Part shown: one piece after another, positions 1 through 8,557 of the stretch
Numbering within the stretch: position 1 is the stretch's first letter
How the letters are laid out: each line of letters starts with the position of its first letter
Assembly (NCBI GenBank): GCA_001552015.1
Contig: CP010514.1
Coordinates: 390,001-422,000, forward strand
Length of the DNA stretch: 32,000 nucleotides
Source of the DNA: Candidatus Nanopusillus acidilobi
GTDB taxonomy: Archaea > Nanobdellota > Nanobdellia > Nanobdellales > Nanobdellaceae
Direction of reading: 5' to 3'
Made by a program: the position numbers and the translations under genes
Notes under the pieces: generated by a model
The model's input: the letters and a program-made list of their open reading frames with translations, nothing else
Told to the model about the DNA's origin: nothing
The model's database searches: none

Positions 1-1
1 A

Positions 2-235
2 GAAAAAATATTAAATGGTGCAGATGTATTTAGACCTGGAATAATTGAATTTTCAGATTTCAAAAAAGATGAAATAATATTAGTAATATCTGAGGATAAT
101 AAATTATTAGCAATTGGAAGAGCATTATATGATAGCAATGATGCTATTAAAATGAAAAAAGGAAAAATAGTAGAAAATATACATTATTATGGAGATAAAA
201 TAACAAAATATTATTTAAATAAAATTAAAAATTGA
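2..235 (+). CDS. PUA-domain RNA-binding protein, C-terminal fragment (5' end lies outside the window)
   Basis: Frame 2 is open from the window edge to TGA at 233-235. The translation EKILNGADVFRPGIIEFSDFKKDEIILVISEDNKLLAIGRALYDSNDAIKMKKGKIVENIHYYGD has the typical PUA-domain pattern. It is absent from the ORF track because it has no in-window start. Its 3' end overlaps the convergent gene 215..1360 by 21 nt. Confidence 0.6.
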   Translation, partial: EKILNGADVFRPGIIEFSDFKKDEIILVISEDNKLLAIGRALYDSNDAIKMKKGKIVENIHYYGDKITKYYLNKIKN

Positions 236-1360
236 TTTTTGTTTTAATAAATTACTATATTTTCTTAATTTATATACTGAAACATTATATTTATTCATAA
301 ATTTATTATTTAGATATTGAATTAGTTCATTATAATCATCAAATTTTTCTATCAAATTATTTAACATATACTTTGTTCCTTCTCTAACAACCCAAACACC
401 TAGAGGAACTTTATATTCTTTTGTTACAAATCTAAATACAACTAAATTTCCAATCATTTTATAATTTCTCATAAATTCTGCAAAAGATAATTTTAAAGCA
501 CTATAACCTCCTGATTCATCATCTCTGCCAATTATACTATATTTGAAATTCAAATTATATGCAGAACCTGGTATTAATGTTTCAATCAATTCACAATTTC
601 CATTACCTGGGAAAAATACTCCATAAAAATCATTTCCATATAAAGAATAATAGAATAAGTAATATTTATCATTAATTTTAGAATAATCCTTTATTTCTTC
701 CTTTATTTTTTTCTCTAGAATTTCATGAACTGCAGTTATTGCCCATTTACTTGGAACTAATTTTTTATTTATCTTATATCCAAAGAATCCCATTGAAAAT
801 AATCTTGATAAATAATAATCAGACATCCCAGATTTATATAAATAATATATAGAATCTTCTGCCTTCATTTCTTCTATTTTATATATCTCATTTGGTATTT
901 TTGGATTTTCATTTATCTTTATTTTATCTATTATACCAGAATATCCATATAAACCTATTATCTTTGAAATTTTCATATTTTCACTTATTTTATTTAGATG
1001 TATTTCTAAATTTATTGATTTAACTGACAACATTGAATCTAAAATTTCATTATATAATCTATCATTTTTTCTTGGTAAATTCGCATCTACAATCTTCTTT
1101 GCATTTATTAAACTTATTCTACTCTTTATAATTTCTTCAACATCTATATTATTTTTTGCCCAATATATAGGATTATCATATAATTCTATATTTTCATTAT
1201 AAGATGTTAAAACACCTAAAGACAATTTGGGATAGTTAATTGAACTGATTAAATTTGATGGAGGAGTATATCCATTTATCTCCTTTTTTAATATTATAGA
1301 TTTTCCATATAATTTCTTATATTTTTCTGCAAGTTTTTTTGCATTTACGACATCTATCAT
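215..1360 (-). CDS. nreA: NreA-like DNA repair protein (archaeal Nre family) with a C-terminal PIP box
   Basis: 381-aa ORF with ATG at 1358-1360. Its size and internal motifs (LVPSKWAITAVHE, GGYSALKLS, PLGVWVVREG) match my memory of the Nre N/C-domain family. The C-terminus QKSIFNFI fits the PCNA-interacting consensus Qxx[ILM]xx[FY][FYLI]. Confidence 0.55.
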   Translation of the reverse strand: MIDVVNAKKLAEKYKKLYGKSIILKKEINGYTPPSNLISSINYPKLSLGVLTSYNENIELYDNPIYWAKNNIDVEEIIKSRISLINAKKIVDANLPRKNDRLYNEILDSMLSVKSINLEIHLNKISENMKISKIIGLYGYSGIIDKIKINENPKIPNEIYKIEEMKAEDSIYYLYKSGMSDYYLSRLFSMGFFGYKINKKLVPSKWAITAVHEILEKKIKEEIKDYSKINDKYYLFYYSLYGNDFYGVFFPGNGNCELIETLIPGSAYNLNFKYSIIGRDDESGGYSALKLSFAEFMRNYKMIGNLVVFRFVTKEYKVPLGVWVVREGTKYMLNNLIEKFDDYNELIQYLNNKFMNKYNVSVYKLRKYSNLLKQKSIFNFI

Positions 1361-1394
1361 TAGATTTTTATTTATTTTTTAAATTATAAGTTTG

Positions 1395-2072
1395 ATGGAT
1401 ATAATAAATATACCGACAAAGTATAAATTAAAAGAAATTAAAAATTTAGATGAATTAAAAAAATATTTACCAAAAAAATTTGCTTTGGTATCTTTAACAC
1501 AATATTCTGAATATACTAAAAAAATATATGAAATATTAAAAGAAAATTATGAAATAATATTAAAGGAAGGATTATATGGTATAAATGTTTTGGGATGCTA
1601 TTCAGAACCTGCAAATATAGAAGAAGTAGATACAGTACTATTAATTGGAAATGGAAAATTTCATGCAGAAAATATTATAAGAAAATTAAAGAAAAAGGTA
1701 ATTGTTTATGATCCAATATATGGAGAAATAAAAGTTTATGAACCAGATTATAATTTTGATAAAATTTTAGAATTTCTATTGAATAAATTAAAGAATTCAA
1801 AGAATATTGGAATAATATTATCAATAAAGCCTGGACAATATTATTATGAAGAAACATTAAAGATTAAAGATAAATTAGAAAAATCTGGAAAAAAAGTATA
1901 CTTATTTATTGGAGATACAATAGATATTTTACAATTATTAAATTTTCCATATATAGATTTCTGGATTTTCTCTGCATGTCCAAGATTGATTGATGATATA
2001 ATAGATAATAATATAAACGGACTAACAATTGACATTATAATAAAAAATTTAGACAAAGTAATTAATATTTAA
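1395..2072 (+). CDS. dph2: Diphthamide synthesis protein Dph2 (2-(3-amino-3-carboxypropyl)histidine synthase), unusually short
   Basis: Motifs VLGC, LIGNGKFH and FSACPRLIDD are typical of Dph2. The track start at 1392 is TTG, so I prefer the ATG at 1395. The protein is 225 aa. Its 3' end overlaps the convergent gene 2049..4058 by 24 nt. Confidence 0.7.
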   Translation: MDIINIPTKYKLKEIKNLDELKKYLPKKFALVSLTQYSEYTKKIYEILKENYEIILKEGLYGINVLGCYSEPANIEEVDTVLLIGNGKFHAENIIRKLKKKVIVYDPIYGEIKVYEPDYNFDKILEFLLNKLKNSKNIGIILSIKPGQYYYEETLKIKDKLEKSGKKVYLFIGDTIDILQLLNFPYIDFWIFSACPRLIDDIIDNNINGLTIDIIIKNLDKVINI

Positions 2073-4058
2073 TATTCCCTGAACAAACATATATAATGCT
2101 ATTGTAGATAAAGTAGAAAATATGAAGAATATTAATATATTAACTATATAATATTTATACAAATAATAATAAAAACTCAATTTATCTCCACTATTTTCTA
2201 TACTATTAATTGCATATACAATTACAAAGGCTATTGCTACATTAAATATTCCAATTATAAGTATCATTGAAGCAGGTGATACGAGAGAATTTAAATTAAA
2301 TATATTAAATATAATTCCAGGTAATGTGCTTATATATTGAGAAACACCAGAATTGGATAATTCTAAATTAGATATTTGGTTAAATTGAAAAGATAATTTG
2401 TATAAAATTTCTATAATCATCACACTAACTGCACTTATTATTCCTAAAATAATTGGAGCTAAAATTCTTAATAGAGATTTTAATTGAGATAAATCTTCTG
2501 CTACAAGGTCTTTAATCCTCTCTTTTACTTTTGATATTAATAAAAAATATCTTGCAACCATACCTGTTATAATAGAAGCTTCTGTAGGAGATTGACTACT
2601 AGCTTCATATAACAATTCCATCGTAGCTCTCAATTGAGATGATGGAATTCTAGATAAAGCTCCATACCTAATATCAAATATTGAATCATAAAATGATAAA
2701 CCTGCTCTCAAATTTTGATATATTTTTGATATAAAATCTCCTATTGGACTACCTTTATATTTAGGATAAACATGTATCATTGCCTTTTCAATTGGATAAC
2801 CTTCATTTAATGCTGAACTTAAAGATAATAAAAATGATGGTAAATCTGTTTCTATTCTTTCTAAATTCTTATATAAATCCTTATAATTAAAATAATATAC
2901 AAAAGAAATTAATGAAACAGATAAACCTATTAAAAATACTAAAAATTCTGATAATAATATTCCTGAAACATCAAATTTATATAAATATTGATATATTACA
3001 AAAAAGATTATGAAAAATAACAATATACTTACTGAAAGTCCACTAATTATTGATATTAATTTATTTGTTAAATCTTTTTTCTTTAAATAATAGAATAAAT
3101 ATATATCATCATTTGAAAAAACACCAATCATTTTTGAAGAAATTGCATAATTAACTATATAAAATGCCATAAATGGTACTAAAATATCAAATAATATAAA
3201 TAAAACAAATGGACTAAATATACTTCCTAAAAATATTGATGCAAGGGGAAATATTGTTAATAACATAACTGGTAAAGTTATACCTAACATAGATACTAGG
3301 TTTATTGTAGATCTTATTTCCCTAGAAAATTCATATAGTTCATTTACTAATTCATCTAAAGCCTCTTCTATAGCTTTATCTATTTGAAAATTCCTCCTAT
3401 CCTTATCAGGATCATATAGAGCACTTAAAATAAGCATAACACCAATATAAAATGATTTTGAACTTTTTTCCCAAGATCTTGAATATTCTACTAAAGCTTC
3501 TGATGCAGAAACATATTTTCTATTATATATATCTCTTAACAACCTTAATAAATCTATTTTTAATGGTAAGTTAATATTTTTTGCAGCAAATAACATTGCT
3601 TGTTCTACATTTGGATTTTGCCTTAATTTAATAGCTAATAATAGTAATAGATTTATTAATTGAGATTTTTTCTTTGCATTCAGATTACTATACAAAACAA
3701 TATAATAATAATCAATCACTATATAAGATAATAAACCAAGAGAAATAAACAATAGGAAGTATAAAGGAGATATTATTATTGAAGGTATTATTCCTATAAA
3801 GATAAATAATATTAGAAAAAATATTGACGATGATTCTATTTGATCAATATTTACATCTAAAAGAAGTTCTTCATTTATTTTTTCAAAATTTTTTCTTTTA
3901 TTTTCATTTACTTTAATCTTTATTATATTTCCAAATGCTTTAACAATTTTTTCATAATATTTTATTTTATTACCGAAATAGAAATATTTGTATAATTTTA
4001 ATTTGCTTTCTAAATTTTGAATATCTAATCCATTTAACTCAATTTCTGATATATCCAT
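2049..4058 (-). CDS. FlaJ/TadC-type polytopic membrane platform protein (T2SS-F-like) of a type IV pilus/archaellum-like system
   Basis: 669 aa with many TM segments. It has two cytoplasmic helical modules, including LPSFLLSLSSALNEGYPIEKAM, which resembles the T2SS-F signature. Its start overlaps the end of the upstream ATPase gene by 25 nt. Confidence 0.65.
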   Translation of the reverse strand: MDISEIELNGLDIQNLESKLKLYKYFYFGNKIKYYEKIVKAFGNIIKIKVNENKRKNFEKINEELLLDVNIDQIESSSIFFLILFIFIGIIPSIIISPLYFLLFISLGLLSYIVIDYYYIVLYSNLNAKKKSQLINLLLLLAIKLRQNPNVEQAMLFAAKNINLPLKIDLLRLLRDIYNRKYVSASEALVEYSRSWEKSSKSFYIGVMLILSALYDPDKDRRNFQIDKAIEEALDELVNELYEFSREIRSTINLVSMLGITLPVMLLTIFPLASIFLGSIFSPFVLFILFDILVPFMAFYIVNYAISSKMIGVFSNDDIYLFYYLKKKDLTNKLISIISGLSVSILLFFIIFFVIYQYLYKFDVSGILLSEFLVFLIGLSVSLISFVYYFNYKDLYKNLERIETDLPSFLLSLSSALNEGYPIEKAMIHVYPKYKGSPIGDFISKIYQNLRAGLSFYDSIFDIRYGALSRIPSSQLRATMELLYEASSQSPTEASIITGMVARYFLLISKVKERIKDLVAEDLSQLKSLLRILAPIILGIISAVSVMIIEILYKLSFQFNQISNLELSNSGVSQYISTLPGIIFNIFNLNSLVSPASMILIIGIFNVAIAFVIVYAINSIENSGDKLSFYYYLYKYYIVNILIFFIFSTLSTIALYMFVQGILNINYFV

Positions 4059-6277
4059 TTCTTCATATTATCTAGTATATAATCCTTTACAATTTCATTA
4101 TATTCTTTAATACTTTTATCTACATATTGATAAAACACTTCATTATATGTAGAAACAAAATCTGCTTCCAAAATATCTTTTCTATTTTTTTCTCTTGCTA
4201 TATCTACTAGCAATTTTTTTGATAAACCTATTGTCTCTATCATATTCCATACTCTTTCCCAAGATTTTGACAAATATCTTATCCTAGATGCAATAGCCTT
4301 TAGTACATCAGAATCTCCGTTTATTAACTCTAATGTTGGTTCTAAATTGTCTTTTTCTGCATCATAAATCATCAAATCAACAAATCCCTTTTCTTTCAAT
4401 GGATCCTGTTCCCATAATTTTCTTACTTCAGTTATCCTTAATACCCTTCTATATTTTTTTAATCCCGAAGGTTCTTTAATTGGATTAGTAATTACTATTA
4501 TATCTGTAGCTTTAAATGATGTTTTAGGAACTCCTAGATCATTTACAACTCTATCGTATACACCATAAGGACTTTCTGCATGTAAAGTACCCATTACAGC
4601 ATTTGCTACAGCACCAACCCTCATAGCTTCATATAATGTTAAAGCTTCCTTAGATCTAACTTCTCCAACAATTATAGCACTATCCCCCATTCTTAAAGAT
4701 GCTCTCAATCCCTCTTCAGCAGATAATTCAGCAGATTTTAATGAAAATGGACTCCTAACTTTCATAGGAACTATATTATATCCTACTGATCTAAAAAATT
4801 CTGCTGGTATTTCTAAAGTATCCTCTACAGTTATTATCCTAACTTTCTTAGGTATTTCTAACATTAAGGCTGTTAATAATGATGTCTTACCACTTCCTCT
4901 TGTACCAGCAATTAAAATTGTCCTTCCATTTGCAACTAAAAAAGATAATAAACCTGCAGCCTGATAATTTAGCATTTTATTATCTATAAATAAAGGTAAA
5001 GTCCATGGTTTACTTCTATGTCTTCTAATTATATATGATAATCCAAAAGGAGATAAAGGAGGTGATAATGCTGCAACTCTTAATAATATATTATTTCCAA
5101 TTACTAAATCTGTATCTAAAACAGGATTTGCTTCATCAAATGGTCTTCCAGATATTAATCTTAATTTTGTAGCCCAGGATTCTACTTCTCTCCTAGTTGG
5201 AGTTACATTTGTAACGCACATTTCATATTTAGAATGCTGTAAATATATTGGAGTTATGCCTGCTGGCGGATTTATATAGAGATCTTCTAAATTTTCATCT
5301 AATACTATTTTTTCTATTATTCCAAATCCAATTGTATATCTAATAATTATACTCTTAATTAATTCCAATCTATTTTTATCTATATTTATATTATATATAG
5401 ACATTAATTTTGCTATTATATTATTTAGTATATTATTATATATTTCTCTTAATCTTTCTACATCTAAATAATCTTCCTTCTTAGGTTCGTATTCTTGTAA
5501 AATTTCTATTGCTTTATGAGATAAAAATGTTTCTTCAGAGAATATTTTATATTCTTCAGGAAATATATAATATCTGAAAATTGTTTCTTCAGGATTTTTT
5601 AATACAAAAACTTCTGTATTTTTATCCAATCTATAAGAATCTATAATATTATAACTTTCTGAAATTTTATTTATATATTTTGTATCTATAAATTTTGGTT
5701 TTATATCCCCCAATAATAATCTTCTATATATTTCTCTATTTCCAATTTGATATCCAATTAAAAATGGTTTAATATATTTATATAAAGGTAATGATTCAAA
5801 TTTTATTAGAAAATTGTCTATTAATGATATTAAATTTGATATTTGGTTTTCTAAATCTTTATTATTTTTTAATAATGACATTAATTTTCTTTTCATTCTT
5901 CTTATAAATATATATGTACCAATTGGATCCTTCAAATATCTCTTATCCAAATAATCTATTATTGTCTTTATTTCTGAATATAGTGGATTTCCAGTTAATA
6001 AATATCTATAATATTCTGATATATTATTTTTAATAGAAAGATATGCATCAAGAAAACTATTCAATATTTTTATACTATCTTCATAATATTCTATATTTTC
6101 ATCCTGCTCAATTATTATTGTATTTACAAATGGATCTATAGACAATATATTTAATATATATTCCATTATATTTGGATCATCTTCAATTGTGGCAATATTA
6201 CTATAATTTTTAGCATTTACATATAATACTCTTTCTTTTCCATTCATTTTAATTTCATATTGCAAATTATTTAGCAT
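4034..6277 (-). CDS. FlaI/PilB/VirB11-family secretion ATPase with an extended N-terminal region
   Basis: 747 aa. Walker A AGTRGSGKTSLLTAL lies at about aa 456-470. It also has the Asp-box/Walker B region TVEDTLEIP...IIVGEVRSKEA and the His box MGTLHAESP. The conserved FlaI-like segment EDLYINPPAG precedes the ATPase core. Confidence 0.85.
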   Translation of the reverse strand: MLNNLQYEIKMNGKERVLYVNAKNYSNIATIEDDPNIMEYILNILSIDPFVNTIIIEQDENIEYYEDSIKILNSFLDAYLSIKNNISEYYRYLLTGNPLYSEIKTIIDYLDKRYLKDPIGTYIFIRRMKRKLMSLLKNNKDLENQISNLISLIDNFLIKFESLPLYKYIKPFLIGYQIGNREIYRRLLLGDIKPKFIDTKYINKISESYNIIDSYRLDKNTEVFVLKNPEETIFRYYIFPEEYKIFSEETFLSHKAIEILQEYEPKKEDYLDVERLREIYNNILNNIIAKLMSIYNINIDKNRLELIKSIIIRYTIGFGIIEKIVLDENLEDLYINPPAGITPIYLQHSKYEMCVTNVTPTRREVESWATKLRLISGRPFDEANPVLDTDLVIGNNILLRVAALSPPLSPFGLSYIIRRHRSKPWTLPLFIDNKMLNYQAAGLLSFLVANGRTILIAGTRGSGKTSLLTALMLEIPKKVRIITVEDTLEIPAEFFRSVGYNIVPMKVRSPFSLKSAELSAEEGLRASLRMGDSAIIVGEVRSKEALTLYEAMRVGAVANAVMGTLHAESPYGVYDRVVNDLGVPKTSFKATDIIVITNPIKEPSGLKKYRRVLRITEVRKLWEQDPLKEKGFVDLMIYDAEKDNLEPTLELINGDSDVLKAIASRIRYLSKSWERVWNMIETIGLSKKLLVDIAREKNRKDILEADFVSTYNEVFYQYVDKSIKEYNEIVKDYILDNMKKWIYQKLS

Positions 6278-6315
6278 ATAAAGATTAATATATATTAAAA
6301 TATAATAGTTTTACT

Positions 6316-6678
6316 ATGAATGATCCAGAGACACTTAGAAGATTAAAATATTTAGAAGAGAAAATTTCAATGTTCAACAATATATTACAAACTATGGATG
6401 TAACTACTAGGACTTCTTTAGATGATTTTAAATTAGAAATCGAAAATATTAAGAAGGAAATAAACGACATAAAACAAGAAATAAATGACATAGAAATAAA
6501 AATAAAAGCAATAATGGATGAATTATCAAATTTTGCTACTATAGACCAATTAAAAATTATAAATTCTATTTTAGATTACATAAATCCATTTGATTTTGTT
6601 ACCAAGAAAGAATTAGATAAATTAGTAAAAGAAAAAATTATGGAATATTTTGATAACTTATATAATCAGAAGAGTTAA
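6316..6678 (+). CDS. Hypothetical small coiled-coil protein
   Basis: 120-aa ORF with heptad-like, E/K/I-rich sequence (EIENIKKEINDIKQEINDIEIKIKAIMDEL). A TATA-like ttaatatatatt lies about 26 nt upstream of the ATG. I recognise no family. Confidence 0.55.
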   Translation: MNDPETLRRLKYLEEKISMFNNILQTMDVTTRTSLDDFKLEIENIKKEINDIKQEINDIEIKIKAIMDELSNFATIDQLKIINSILDYINPFDFVTKKELDKLVKEKIMEYFDNLYNQKS

Positions 6679-6710
6679 ATTTATAATATTCAATATTTTT
6701 ATTAAGAATT

Positions 6711-7406
6711 ATGAGAAGCTTACTTGGTATATTTAGTAAAAAAAGCAATAAAAATCAGAATCAACAACAGGATTTAGATAACTTATTTCAGGATTTTAAT
6801 AATCCAATACCACAAAATATTGGACCATTTGATCAATTTCAGCAAAGTAACAATATTAATCCTACAGCAAATAACTATCAGAATTATCCTTTTGGCCAAA
6901 TGAATCAACAGGTTCCATTACAGCAAAATCCTCCAAATCAATTTAGTCAATCCTGGAACTTACCTCCACAACCAAATCCAACCCCAAATCAATTTCCACA
7001 ACAACAAACTCAGAGCCAACCAGAACCTGGACAAGGAAGTTTTGTTATAGATGAAAAGATTGAACAATATATAAACAATACTGTAAATGATATATTAAAA
7101 GATAAAATAGGTGAAATAAATGACGAATTATCACAAATAAAAATATGGAAAGAAAAAGTAGAATATTTAATTAATAAAATGCAGGAACAAATTGATAAAT
7201 TGGATAATAAGATAACTGAAATAAATAATTTAGCAACTAAAAAATTGGAAGAATATGATAAAGGAATGCAGGAGGCAACAACAGAAATACAGGCATTACA
7301 TAGATTGATAAGAACAATGATACCTGCTATATCCGAATCTACAAAAGAATTAAGAGAAACAGTAGAAGAACTAAAGTCTTTAAGAGATTCTATTAGAAAA
7401 CCATAA
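6711..7406 (+). CDS. Hypothetical protein: N-terminal LLGIFSKK motif, ~90-aa Q/N/P-rich low-complexity region, C-terminal coiled coil
   Basis: 231-aa ORF. Residues ~15-108 are almost entirely Q, N, P and F. The C-terminal ~120 aa are heptad-like (KMQEQIDKLDNKITEINNLATKKLEEY). The TATA-like atttataatatt lies ~27 nt upstream of the ATG. Confidence 0.6.
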   Translation: MRSLLGIFSKKSNKNQNQQQDLDNLFQDFNNPIPQNIGPFDQFQQSNNINPTANNYQNYPFGQMNQQVPLQQNPPNQFSQSWNLPPQPNPTPNQFPQQQTQSQPEPGQGSFVIDEKIEQYINNTVNDILKDKIGEINDELSQIKIWKEKVEYLINKMQEQIDKLDNKITEINNLATKKLEEYDKGMQEATTEIQALHRLIRTMIPAISESTKELRETVEELKSLRDSIRKP

Positions 7407-7436
7407 ATTTTTTAATCTTTTTAATAAATTTTATTG

Positions 7437-7835
7437 ATGGATAAAAAACAAACTATAATAGTAGGATTTATACTATTAATACTATTAGCAGTTGGATTTA
7501 TAGTTGCCCCTCTATTATATCCAATAAATAATAATAACCAAAATTTAAATCAGAATGAATTATATCAGATATCTCAGATTGCTCAATATTGTCAGGCTCT
7601 ATGTATATATGCAAAATATAATTTATCTATAAGTAACTTAAGTAATACATGCCTAGTATCAGAAAATTCTATATTATATCAATCTTGGATATCCTATCCA
7701 GGTGCAGATAATTGGGGATGTGAAGTATCAAATAATAATTTGAATTTATGTAATAATAGTAATTATATAGTATTAGATGACAATTGCTCAATAATTAATA
7801 TATATTATCAAAATAAGCAGTTAAATATAACATGA
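7437..7835 (+). CDS. Small membrane-anchored or secreted Cys-rich protein with multiple N-glycosylation sequons
   Basis: N-terminus MDKKQTIIVGFILLILLAVGFIVAPLL has a charged n-region followed by a hydrophobic helix. There are six Cys and several NxS/T sequons (NLS, NLS, NNS, NCS). The track start at 7434 is TTG and the ATG is at 7437. The stop TGA overlaps the tatD ATG (ATGA). Confidence 0.6.
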   Translation: MDKKQTIIVGFILLILLAVGFIVAPLLYPINNNNQNLNQNELYQISQIAQYCQALCIYAKYNLSISNLSNTCLVSENSILYQSWISYPGADNWGCEVSNNNLNLCNNSNYIVLDDNCSIINIYYQNKQLNIT

Positions 7836-8557
7836 AGTATATTGATTCCCATTGCCATTTATATAAATTCAATGAAATAGAAAGAAAAAGAATAATAAGA
7901 AATAAAGATATTATAATATTATCAGTATCTGAAGATTTAGAATCATCATTAAAAAATTTGGTTTTATCTCAATTAAATGAAAATGTAATACCAGCTATAG
8001 GAATTCATCCTTGGAATATAGAAAAAGTAAATGAAAACACATTTAAAATAATAGAAGATATAATAAAGGATAATAAAATAAAAATACTTGGAGAAATTGG
8101 ATTAGATAAAAAATTTAAGCCAGAAACATTTGAAAAACAGAAAGAAGTTTTTGAAAAATTCTTAAATTTAGCAAAAGAATATGATTTAAATGTAAATCTT
8201 CATACTCCAAATGCTTCAAAAGATGTGTTTGATCTTTTAATAAAATATGATATTAAAAAGGCATATTTTCATTGGTATAGTGGAGATGAAAAATTATTAG
8301 AAGAAATAATTAATAAGGGATATTTTATAGGGATAAATGTTGCGACAATAGTAAATGAAAAATATAAAAAATATATAGAAATTGCAAATATAAAAAGTAT
8401 AATAACAGAATCTGATGGACCATACAATTATAAAGGTATTATACTTCATCCAGATATGCTAAAAGACCTATATAAACTCATTTCAGATATAAGAAAAATA
8501 AATATAGAAGAACTATCAAATATTATACAAGAAAATTTTGCTAGGTTTATATATTAA
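7832..8557 (+). CDS. TatD-family metal-dependent hydrolase/DNase (copy 1)
   Basis: N-terminal IDSHCHL motif, plus GEIGLD and ITESDGPY, are typical of the TatD/amidohydrolase fold. Confidence 0.85.
   Translation: MKYIDSHCHLYKFNEIERKRIIRNKDIIILSVSEDLESSLKNLVLSQLNENVIPAIGIHPWNIEKVNENTFKIIEDIIKDNKIKILGEIGLDKKFKPETFEKQKEVFEKFLNLAKEYDLNVNLHTPNASKDVFDLLIKYDIKKAYFHWYSGDEKLLEEIINKGYFIGINVATIVNEKYKKYIEIANIKSIITESDGPYNYKGIILHPDMLKDLYKLISDIRKINIEELSNIIQENFARFIY

Noticed and set aside
1675-2056. Track ORFs 1675..1857(-) and 1844..2056(-), antisense to dph2
   Set aside because: These are low-complexity F/I/L/S-rich translations lying wholly inside a confidently identified gene on the other strand. They are typical shadow ORFs of an AT-rich genome.
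6285-6491. Track ORF 6285..6491(-), 68 aa
   Set aside because: It is antisense to the 6316..6678 coiled-coil ORF and spans the divergent promoter region. Its hydrophobic, low-complexity translation has no start context.
6760-7030. Q/N/P-coding DNA as a tandem repeat or microsatellite
   Set aside because: The region is compositionally biased (caa/cca/aat-rich), but I could not find a repeating unit with consistent period. It is low-complexity coding sequence rather than a DNA repeat.
7437-7835. Calling the 132-aa protein a type IV pilin/archaellin
   Set aside because: The N-terminus has a charged segment plus a hydrophobic helix. It lacks the [KR][GA] cleavage site of class III signal peptides, and the mature part has no recognisable pilin fold motif. 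I kept it as a generic signal-anchored protein.
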